From NCBI GenBank assembly GCA_000092065.1, contig CP000582.1: 64,000 bases of DNA; one strand, 5' to 3'. The notes beneath the pieces are model-generated. The model had not been told where the DNA came from and made no database searches. It saw only the letters and a list, made by a program, of their open reading frames with translations. Below, in pieces: positions 1 through 8,717 of the stretch (position 1 is the first letter of the stretch; every line of letters begins with the position of its first letter). A program made the position numbers and the translations under genes. Source of the DNA: Ostreococcus lucimarinus (taxonomy: Eukaryota).

Positions 1-359
1 TTTCTTGGCATCCTTCTTCTCCCCCTTGCTCGGCGACGATGCGCCTCGCTTTTTCCCCTCTCCTTTTCCGTTTGATTTACCCCCCTTTGACGCTTTCGGC
101 GTCGACGGCTTCGCCACTCGATTCGCCTTCGCGTGTCTCCTATTATCTCTCACCCCACACGCGTTACACAGCGTTTTCGGGCCATCCGGGCCGTTTCGCC
201 ACAACGGCGTCGTCTGCGTGTTGCAGTGCGCGCACCGCTTCCCAGCCACTCCCGGCAGACCTTGCGCCGACGTCGCGGCGTCCATCACCTTATCGCGCAC
301 GAAAAGTTCACCGAAGTCAGTTTCATCGCACGCGCGACGGATAACGCGACAATTTCGCG

Positions 360-850
360 CGTGAAAACAAGCGCGCGCGCGCGTCGTCGCGTCCCGCGCG
401 TATTGAGGCTCCAGAAACCCCAACCGTTCGCCGTCGCGCGTTCTCGTCGTCTCGACAACCCGCGGACGCACCTTCGCCATCTCCCGCGCGCTCGTTCCGC
501 GCCAAACACCCCCCCGCACCGAACACTGCGCGCACGAACGCTCGCTAGCGCGCGCGACACATCGCTTCGTCAGTCTCCGCGCGTCGTCATCGCGGCATCG
601 AAACACCGACACGCCACCATCGGCGCGCGCGCGTCGCCCTCCCGCGCGTTTCCGCGTCTCCCGCGCGCGCGAACGACGCGTCTTAATCCCATCCACCATC
701 GCGCGCGCGCGCGCGCCGCACCGCGCGCGGGCGACGACGCCCGCGCGCGCTTCGTTCGCGCCATCGAGCGCCCGCGCGCATCCAGCCCCCGAAACCGCAA
801 CGCGACTTCGCGCAAAATCTAGCCCCCAACGCCCGCGCGCGCGCGTTCCC
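360..850. repeat. Block of alternating (CG)n tracts in a gene-free GC-rich region
   Basis: Runs of 10-20 nt of pure CGCGCG at about 373, 621, 661, 697, 733, 829. No protein-like ORF on either strand (translations are Arg/Ala artefacts). Confidence 0.5.
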
Positions 851-1179
851 ATCGCGCCGCGACGGCCGAGCGACGTCGATAATTTCACTCGATCCCTCGC
901 GCGCGTCGAGCGTCGAGCGCACGCACCGCGTCGTCGAAAAACCGGCGTTCGATTCGCGCGCGCGAACAATCAATCGGTCGCGCGATTGACGGAAATCGCT
1001 CGCGTTCGCGCGCGTCGACGGCTTCGTTCGTCGTCTGCGCCGAGGCGGGCGGTCAAGAAGACGCGCGTGCGTCGCGCCCGCGCTTCGCGGGACCTTCGGC
1101 TCGACGCTCGCGCCACCGACTGCGGGGGGGCCGGCGGGGCGTGCGGGCAGGACAGAATCACACGCCACCAAAGTTTTGT

Positions 1180-1395
1180 GCGTGGGATTAGTGACGGTTC
1201 GCGAACGGTAAATAAAAAATCTTGCGCGTAATTTTTTATGTGGTATAAGGGCTCGTATTCGAGCTATAAGATTCGCTATGTTTAATGAACGGCGGAGACG
1301 ACGCCACGTCGATCGCGCGGCGCCGCGCGGCGCCGCGCGAGTCGCGCGACGAAGGTTGGTTGCGCTTGAAAAAACGATGCTTGGGTATTACGTAG
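1180..1395 (-). terminator. AT-rich 3' region downstream of GT77-like gene
   Basis: Only AT-rich patch (TAAATAAAAAATCTTG...TTTTTTATGTGGTATAAGG) within 1.4 kb. Lies immediately 3' of the minus-strand stop at 1396. Confidence 0.35.
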
Positions 1396-3104
1396 CTAGG
1401 GTGACGACGCGGGGTCAGTGAAAGAGACGCACCACATCTCGGCGGTGCCGCCTCGGGTCGCGCGCGTCGCGCCGCGGCGGAGGACGTCAGCGGCGAGGAC
1501 GCTCGCGCACGCCTCGCGTAGACACTCCGCGCACCAAGGTTCGGGATGGGACACCGCGCTCGAGAGCGCGGCGTGGTTTGCGTCAAATTTTAACGCTGGG
1601 ACTCGATCGATGTCGCCGAGGGTGAGGAGAACGTCGTCTCGGCGTTCGCCGCGCGCCGCGTCGACGAAGACGGCGGCGCGCGGGCTCGGGACGCTCGCGA
1701 GCGGGACGAATCGGCCTCCGGCTTTGCGTATCTTCGCACCGGAGACGAAGTGGTCGAGAGGACACGTTCCTGGAAGGTAGTTCTCGTCGTTCGCGCCCGG
1801 ATATCGACACTTTGCGCTGAACACGTCGTCATGGCCGCTCCAAACTTTGTCGCACCGACACGGCAGTGGGGGAATCGCAAGCGTGCGGTTGAGGGATACG
1901 GCGTACGCGAACGCCTTCACGAGCGCGCGAACGTTCGCGCTCGCGACAATGAGGTGGTCCTCAATCGTCGGTTCCTCGCTCGTCAAGTTTTGAGGCGCGA
2001 GTTCAAACGTGAGGAACTTTTCGTCCTCGCCCGCGGCGTCGTGCAGCGCCCACAAGCCAACCTCTTGAAACCTATACCGCTTCGCCTCTCCACCACTACC
2101 GTCGAACGTGTACGTCGCGTGCACGGCGTACGGTTTAACGTCATCCCAGACGCCGTCTTTTCGATTCACCCACTGCATGAAGTATCCGTGACCGTTCACG
2201 AAGAGTCGAAGCGGCAACGCGCCAATCGCGAACGGCGAACCGGTCGACGGCAACGGCGAACCCGATTGCAGCACTCGCGTCTTCGCCGACGCTCCCGGGG
2301 CAACATCTAGTCCCGGCCACGCATTTTCCTCGCGCACCATCTTGTTAAACACTTGTTGGTGCGTCGTGAGCTTTGAGTACGCCCCGTCCTTTGCCTGTAA
2401 ATTTCGCGCCCAGTCGCTCAAGAAATCCTTCCCCGCGCGCGTGTTCCTGATGAACATCATCCCAGTGTTGAAGATCCCGCGCATCGCGTATCTCGCTCCT
2501 AATTCCCAATCCATCGTCGGGCTTAAATTATCGCTGCTAATCATCACGTCCGCCCCGCGAATCTCCTCGCACCCGTCCACGTCGCCGCTCTCGCACTTGA
2601 AGTACGGCGCCGCGTCTCGAAGCCACACGACGTCGACGTCGGATAAAATCACGTCAAACCCGGCGTCGAGCACCGCGCGCAATTCCTTCACCATCAACGC
2701 GCAAAACTTCTTCCAACTCTCGCTCGCGTGATCCGCGGCGTCGTTCAAATCGCCGTACTCGGCGCGATACGTCGCCACGCCCAGCGCGCGCGCCGCGTCA
2801 TGCGTCTCCGCGTCCAACGCCACGAGCACCGGCCGCACGCGCGCGCGCGACGCCTCCGCGCCGCTCCCATCCCCCCCCTCGCCCGCGCGCGCCCGCATCG
2901 CGTGCGTCGCCCAATTCTTCGCCACGTCGAGCACCTTCGCGTCGGCGAACGCGACGACGACGACGTCCTCCCCCTCCCGCGCGCCGACGTCGCGCAGCGT
3001 CGCCGCCGCGCCCGCGACCTCGACCGCCGGCGTCGTCCTCGCCGCGCGCGCGTCGCCGATCGCGCCCGCGTCGCCGATCGCGTCCGTCGCCGCGTCCGTC
3101 GTCC

Positions 3105-3137
<33 letters not shown>

Positions 3138-3255
3138 GCGCGCCTCCCGCGCGCGTCCGCGTCGCCGCGACCGCGCACGCCGCGACGACGACGCACGCGA
3201 GCGCCCTGCGCGCGCGCCGCGCGCGCGACGCGCCCTCGCGCGCGCCCGCGCGCAT
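1396..3255 (-). CDS. Glycosyltransferase family 77-like (nucleotide-diphospho-sugar transferase domain), Golgi-type type-II membrane protein
   Basis: ORF 1396..3432(-). Motifs DVDVVWLRDAAPYF, DVMISSDNLSP and FNTGMMFIRNTRAGKDF match the Nucleotid_trans/GT77 fold. The in-frame ATG at 3255 is followed by a short Arg-rich tail and the hydrophobic anchor ALACVVVAACAVAA. The ORF-track extension upstream of it is an Arg/Ala GC-frame artefact and would run into the POLD1 promoter. Confidence 0.6.
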
Positions 3256-3422
3256 CGCGCCGCGCGCGCGCGTCTCGCGCGTCGGCGTCGTCGCGCGTCG
3301 CGCGCGCGCGTCCTCGCGTCGCGCGCGTCGCGCGAGACGCGCGCGACGTCCCCGCGGGCTCGCCGCGCGTCGCGCGCCGCGAGACGCGCGCGCGCGACGC
3401 CGCGAGACGCGACGAAGCGACG

Positions 3423-6400
3423 ATGGATTCAAACGCGTCGCGGCTGTCGCGACACATCGCGACGACGATGCGACGCGCGGCGCGCGCGAACGACGACGAC
3501 GCGACGAAGCGACGAAAGAGTGATCCCGATGACGACGCGCTGCTGCGCGACGCCGAGGACGCGCGCGACGACGACGACGACGGCGCGACGACGGGAGGCG
3601 CGCGCGCGACGGGGGACGACGGCGCGGAGGAGTACGCCGACGACGTCGATTACGACGAGGAGGAGGTGTACGCGCGGACGACGAACGGCGAGGGCGAAGG
3701 ATTGATCGATGTGCGAGCGGCGGATCGCGCGAATTGGGTGCGACGACCGCTGGCGCGGGCGGTGGACGCGACGCGGGACGCGCTGCTGTTTCAACAGTTG
3801 GACATCGATTACGCGGTGGAGAAGCCGCACGAGGGACTGGGGGCGCGACGGGCGAAAGGTGACGCCGCGGTGGTGCGGATGTTCGGGGTGACGAAAGAGG
3901 GACACAGCGTGTGCGCGCACGTGCACGGGTTCGAGCCGTATTTTTACGCGTCGGTGCCGGAAAATTTCGGCGAGGCGGATTGCGCGGCGTTCAGGCGACG
4001 TTTGAACGAGGAGGTGAGCGCGGCGAGGAAGAACGCGCCGGGAGTGCACGTCGTGGACGTGTCGCTCGAGAGGAAGCAGAGTTTGATGCATTATAGCGAC
4101 GTGAAGGATCGCTTGTTCGCCAAGATCACGATGGGGCTGCCGAATATGGTGAGCGCGGCGCGAGGGATTTTGGAAAAGGGATTCAGCGTGCCGGGGGTTC
4201 GGGACGGGGCGTTCACGACGTACCCGACGTTTGAGTCCAACATCGTGTACGCCTTGCGGTTTATGGTGGACTGCGCCGTGGTCGGTGGGAACTGGATCGA
4301 GTTTCCGGTGAATTCGTACACGGTTCGTGCGAAGAAGGCGTCGCACTGTCAAATCGAAGTGGACATCATGTACGACAAGCTCATCTCGCACCCGGCGGAG
4401 GGTGAGTACTCCAAGCTCGCCCCGTTTCGCATCTTATCCGTGGATATCGAGTGTGCGGGGCGTAAAGGCCACTTTCCCGACGCACAATTGGATCCGGTGA
4501 TTCAGATCGCGACTCTAGTCACCGAGCAAGGGAGCGATAAACCGATTATTCGAGCCGTGTGGACGCTCGATACGTGCGCTCCGATCGTCGGCGCTGACGT
4601 CTTGAGTTTTAAGGATGAGCGGGAACTGCTTCGGAACTGGGGTAATTTTCTTCGCGGGTGCGACCCGGATTTGTTGATCGGCTATAACATCGTCAATTTC
4701 GATTTCCCGTACTTGTTGGAGCGCGCCGAGAAGCTCGGCGTCGCCGACTTTCCGTACTGGGGACGCTTGATCGGCACCAAGGTGCGCATGCGCGACACGG
4801 TTTTCTCGTCCAAGGCGTACGGTACGCACGAAAGTAAAGAAATATCTTGCGAGGGACGCGTGCAATTCGACATGCTTCGCGCTATTCAGCGCGATTACAA
4901 GTTGTCTTCATATTCGCTCAACGCAGTTTCTGCGCATTTTTTGGGCGAGCAAAAAGAAGACGTGCACTACAGCGCTATCTCGGAGCTGCAAAACGGTACG
5001 CCCGAGACGAGACGGCGTTTAGCGGTGTACTGTTTGAAGGATGCGTATCTTCCGCAGAGATTGCTGGACAAGTTGATGTACATGTACAACTACATCGAAA
5101 TGGCTCGCGTCACCGGCGTGCCGCTGAATTACCTGTTGACTCGCGGTCAGTCCATCAAGGTCATGTCGCAGCTTTTGCGCAAGGCGAGGCAGCGAAACAT
5201 GCTGATTCCTCACCATGTGAAGCAGGGCGGTGGCAACGTTCAAGCGGAGGGTGGTGTCGCGTACGAAGGTGCGACGGTCTTAGACGCCAAGGCTGGTTAC
5301 TACGAGATGCCCATCGCGACGCTCGATTTCGCTTCGCTGTATCCATCCATCATGATGGCTCACAATCTGTGCTACTCGACTTTAGTGCCAAAGGATAAGG
5401 TGGGTAAGCTCAACCCGGATGATTACGGGACATCGCCATCGGGAGATACGTTCGTGAAGGCATCCAAGGTGAAGGGGATTTTGCCAGAAATTTTAGAGGA
5501 ACTCTTGGGGGCGCGTAAACGCGCCAAGGCTGATCTTAAAAAAGCCACTGATCCGTTGCAAAAAGCGGTCTTAGACGGTCGCCAGCTCGCGCTGAAAGTC
5601 TCAGCAAACTCTGTGTACGGTTTCACCGGTGCCATGGTCGGACAGCTGCCTTGCCTCGAAATTTCTTCTTCAACGACGGCGTACGGCCGTACGATGATTG
5701 ATCACACGAAGAAAATGGTGGAAGAGAAGTATCGAACCGTGAATGGATACACTGGAAATGCCGAGGTCATTTATGGTGATACCGACTCCGTGATGATCAA
5801 GTTCAATACGCCGGATTTGGCGGAGTCTATGAAACTCGGTGAAGAAGCCGCGGTGTACGTCTCTGAGACGTTCTTGAAGCCTATCAAACTCGAATTCGAA
5901 AAGGTGTACTGGCCATATCTCTTGATTAGCAAGAAGCGCTACGCTGGTTTACTCTGGACGAACACTGAAAATTACGACAAGATGGACACCAAAGGTATCG
6001 AGACCGTGCGTCGCGATAACTGTTTGCTCGTGCGACAAGTCATCGAGACGGTTTTGGAGAAGATTTTGAAGCAGCGAGATGTGCAGGGCGCGGTGAAATA
6101 CGTGCAGAGTACGATCGCAGACTTGCTCATGAATAGATTAGATTTCTCACAGCTCGTGATCACGAAGGGTTTCACAAAAGAAGCAGACTCGTATGGGGTC
6201 AAGATGGCACACATAGAGCTCGCGCAGCGCATGCGCCAGCGCGATCCCGCCACCGCGCCGGTAGTCGGCGATCGTATCGCGTACGTCATCATTAAAGCGG
6301 CGAAGAACGCAAAGGCGTATGAAAAGTCAGAGGATCCGATTTTTGCTTTGGACAACAACTTACCCATCGATACGAAGCACTATTTGGATCACTACTTGAC

Positions 6401-6827
6401 CAAGCCTCTGCTGCGTATTTTCGAGCCCATCTTGCACAACGCGCAATCCGTACTGTTGCACGGCGAGCACACGCGTCGCATCGCGCAGCCGACGCCGACT
6501 GCGAAAGCTGGCGGAATCATGCAGTTTGCCAAGATTCGTTTAAGCTGTATCGGTTGCCGCGCACCGATATCGGATGAGAAAATGTCCAAGTCGCTGTGCA
6601 AGAATTGCCTCAACGACGAATCGCAGCACCTGAGAAAAGCGCTCGCCTCCGTGAACAACCTCGAGGGAGACTTCAACCGGCTTTGGACGCAGTGTCAGCG
6701 GTGCCAAGGCTCACTTCACCAGGACGTCCTCTGCACATCGCGGGATTGTCCCATTTTCTACCGTCGCAAAAAAGTCCAAAAAGATTTAACCGAAGCCACG
6801 GCGCAGCTGCGACGTTTCGATTGGTGA
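3423..6827 (+). CDS. POLD1: DNA polymerase delta catalytic subunit (family B polymerase)
   Basis: 1134 aa single ORF, ATG at 3423. Exo I DIECAG, Exo II YNIVNFDFPYL, pol motif A DFASLYPSIMMAHNLCYST, motif B KVSANSVYGFTG, motif C YGDTDS. C-terminal CysA/CysB zinc modules: CIGCRAP...CKNC and CQRCQGS...CTSRDCPIFYRR. Confidence 0.92.
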   Translation: MDSNASRLSRHIATTMRRAARANDDDATKRRKSDPDDDALLRDAEDARDDDDDGATTGGARATGDDGAEEYADDVDYDEEEVYARTTNGEGEGLIDVRAADRANWVRRPLARAVDATRDALLFQQLDIDYAVEKPHEGLGARRAKGDAAVVRMFGVTKEGHSVCAHVHGFEPYFYASVPENFGEADCAAFRRRLNEEVSAARKNAPGVHVVDVSLERKQSLMHYSDVKDRLFAKITMGLPNMVSAARGILEKGFSVPGVRDGAFTTYPTFESNIVYALRFMVDCAVVGGNWIEFPVNSYTVRAKKASHCQIEVDIMYDKLISHPAEGEYSKLAPFRILSVDIECAGRKGHFPDAQLDPVIQIATLVTEQGSDKPIIRAVWTLDTCAPIVGADVLSFKDERELLRNWGNFLRGCDPDLLIGYNIVNFDFPYLLERAEKLGVADFPYWGRLIGTKVRMRDTVFSSKAYGTHESKEISCEGRVQFDMLRAIQRDYKLSSYSLNAVSAHFLGEQKEDVHYSAISELQNGTPETRRRLAVYCLKDAYLPQRLLDKLMYMYNYIEMARVTGVPLNYLLTRGQSIKVMSQLLRKARQRNMLIPHHVKQGGGNVQAEGGVAYEGATVLDAKAGYYEMPIATLDFASLYPSIMMAHNLCYSTLVPKDKVGKLNPDDYGTSPSGDTFVKASKVKGILPEILEELLGARKRAKADLKKATDPLQKAVLDGRQLALKVSANSVYGFTGAMVGQLPCLEISSSTTAYGRTMIDHTKKMVEEKYRTVNGYTGNAEVIYGDTDSVMIKFNTPDLAESMKLGEEAAVYVSETFLKPIKLEFEKVYWPYLLISKKRYAGLLWTNTENYDKMDTKGIETVRRDNCLLVRQVIETVLEKILKQRDVQGAVKYVQSTIADLLMNRLDFSQLVITKGFTKEADSYGVKMAHIELAQRMRQRDPATAPVVGDRIAYVIIKAAKNAKAYEKSEDPIFALDNNLPIDTKHYLDHYLTKPLLRIFEPILHNAQSVLLHGEHTRRIAQPTPTAKAGGIMQFAKIRLSCIGCRAPISDEKMSKSLCKNCLNDESQHLRKALASVNNLEGDFNRLWTQCQRCQGSLHQDVLCTSRDCPIFYRRKKVQKDLTEATAQLRRFDW

Positions 6828-7037
6828 GCGCGACGAAGATTCCCGACGCGATAGTCGAGTCGATTCCCGACGCGATAGCCAAGTCTGCATTGAAAACCAC
6901 TCACCGCGCGCACAGCAACGAACGAACCGCGACGTAGGTCTCGACGAGCGAATCGCCGCGCGCTCGCCGCTTTTCGCGTCGCCGCCTCGCTCCAATCCAA
7001 AATCCAATTCGCCCGCACACCCCCCCGCGTCGCCGCG

Positions 7038-8660
7038 ATGTCCGCGCCGCGCTCGCCCGACGCGCCGATGATCGACGACCGTTACGTCTTGCTCGCCAAG
7101 GTCGGTCGCGGCGCCACGGGCGAGGTGTACAAGGCGCGCGACGTCCGCACCGACGCAACCGTCGCGGTGAAACTCGTCGACCTGGAAGACGCCGAGGACG
7201 ACGTCGCGGACATCCAGCGCGAGATATCCACGCTCGCGCAGTGCGCGAGCCCGTACGTGACGAAATATCTCGCGAGCGCGCTGGTGCGAGGGACGAGCAA
7301 GCTGGCGATCGTGATGGAGTACATGGCGGGAGGGAGCGCGCGACACCTCGCGGACGAGGCGGCGAAAGGAGAGGGCGAGACGACGGCGATCGAGGACGAA
7401 GCGAAGGTTGGATTGGAAGAGGGAGAGATATCGTACATCACCAGGGACGTGCTGCGGGCGTTGGAGTACTTGCACGAGGAGGGGAAGATTCATCGAGACG
7501 TGAAGGCGGCGAACGTGTTGCTGACGGAGGGCGGCGAGGCGCGATTGGCGGATTTCGGTGTGAGCGGACAGATGACGCACACGTTAGGAGCGCGGAGGAA
7601 AACGTTCACGGGGACGCCGTTTTGGATGGCGCCCGAGGTGATTCAAGGTGGGGAAGGGTACGATGAGAAGGCGGATATTTGGAGCTTGGGCATTACGTGT
7701 TACGAGTTGGCGTTGGGCGCCGCGCCGCACGCGGATTTACATCCGATGCGCGTGTTGTTCGTGATCCCTAAAAATGACGCTCCTCGACTGCCAGATGATG
7801 GGAGATTTAGCGCAGATTTTCAAGACTTCGTGGCTAAGTGCTTACAAAAAGATGCGAAAGCGAGGCCGAGTGCGAGAGAGTTGTTGAACCATCCATTCGC
7901 GAAACAATTCGATGGCGCGGCTGTGGACACGTTGAAGGCTCGAGTTGAAAAACATATTTCTTTGACGGAAGGAGATGCGTCGCAAGCCAGCGGCGCGGAG
8001 ACCGCGTTAGCACAAAAGCAGACGAGTAAAGCTGCGCCGACTTGGGACTTCGGCGAAGATTCGCTCGGGAGGAAGTTTTCGAAGCAGCAACTGGAACAGC
8101 AACAGGCGCAAACGCAAGATGTTGAAATCGCTTCCGATCACGGCGGAAGTTCGATTTATCAATCCATGGGCGGGACGATTCGCATGGCGAGTCGCCCTTC
8201 GATGGAGGGTACGGACGACGATGCGGATGCTAGCTCCATGGGAACCGCCACGGTTGGCACGGAGAGCTCTCGAGGCGCTCAAACGCGTTACAAGCTCGAC
8301 GATATCCTCGACAGTGGCACGGTGTACACACCTCTGATGCAGAGTCTGATCGCGCCGGCGTTCGAGCGGGTACAAACGAGCAACGACGCTGGTGCTGCCG
8401 CAGCTCTGGCCGCCGCCGAAGCTTTGGACAAGCTTGAAATCGTCTCGCCAGGCTCGCTCGCGTCCTTCGTACAAGCCGTCATGTACGAGCTGTCGACGAG
8501 TCAGGACGAGTCGATGCGAGGTTTGAAGTCGCGCGCGTCTAAGTTGTTCGGTGGTACGAGCGAAGATTCAGTTGCGGTCTCTAACGGCGGTCGATCCGTC
8601 GTGGCCAATTACCTGCTGCAGCGTTGGCAAGCAGACGTGCGCAAACAAGCGCAGAAATAG
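7038..8660 (+). CDS. STE20-family Ser/Thr protein kinase (GCK-III/MST-like)
   Basis: ATG at 7038. GRGATGEVYKA glycine loop, VAVK, HRDVKAANVLL, DFGVSGQ, GTPFWMAPEV are typical of the STE20/MST3-4 group. A long Ser/Ala/Gln-rich C-terminal tail follows. Confidence 0.8.
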   Translation: MSAPRSPDAPMIDDRYVLLAKVGRGATGEVYKARDVRTDATVAVKLVDLEDAEDDVADIQREISTLAQCASPYVTKYLASALVRGTSKLAIVMEYMAGGSARHLADEAAKGEGETTAIEDEAKVGLEEGEISYITRDVLRALEYLHEEGKIHRDVKAANVLLTEGGEARLADFGVSGQMTHTLGARRKTFTGTPFWMAPEVIQGGEGYDEKADIWSLGITCYELALGAAPHADLHPMRVLFVIPKNDAPRLPDDGRFSADFQDFVAKCLQKDAKARPSARELLNHPFAKQFDGAAVDTLKARVEKHISLTEGDASQASGAETALAQKQTSKAAPTWDFGEDSLGRKFSKQQLEQQQAQTQDVEIASDHGGSSIYQSMGGTIRMASRPSMEGTDDDADASSMGTATVGTESSRGAQTRYKLDDILDSGTVYTPLMQSLIAPAFERVQTSNDAGAAAALAAAEALDKLEIVSPGSLASFVQAVMYELSTSQDESMRGLKSRASKLFGGTSEDSVAVSNGGRSVVANYLLQRWQADVRKQAQK

Positions 8661-8717
8661 CCCATTCTAGTACAAGTAGTACATCATACTGTTGCAACGC
8701 TACTTCTAACGCTATAG
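8661..8717. terminator. 57 bp AT-rich spacer between convergent stops (kinase + / AAA ATPase -)
   Basis: Stop-to-stop distance is 57 bp. Sharply AT-richer than the flanks. Confidence 0.45.

Noticed and set aside
133-822. Long Arg/Ala-rich ORFs in the ORF track, including many antisense to real genes (133..822, 2728..3705, 3429..4391, 21691..22728, 22963..24054, 47226..48875, 59153..60268, 60690..61769)
   Set aside because: Composition is dominated by R/A/G/P from GC-rich codons, with no conserved motifs. They overlap well-supported genes on the other strand or promoters. This is the expected artefact in a genome of about two-thirds GC.
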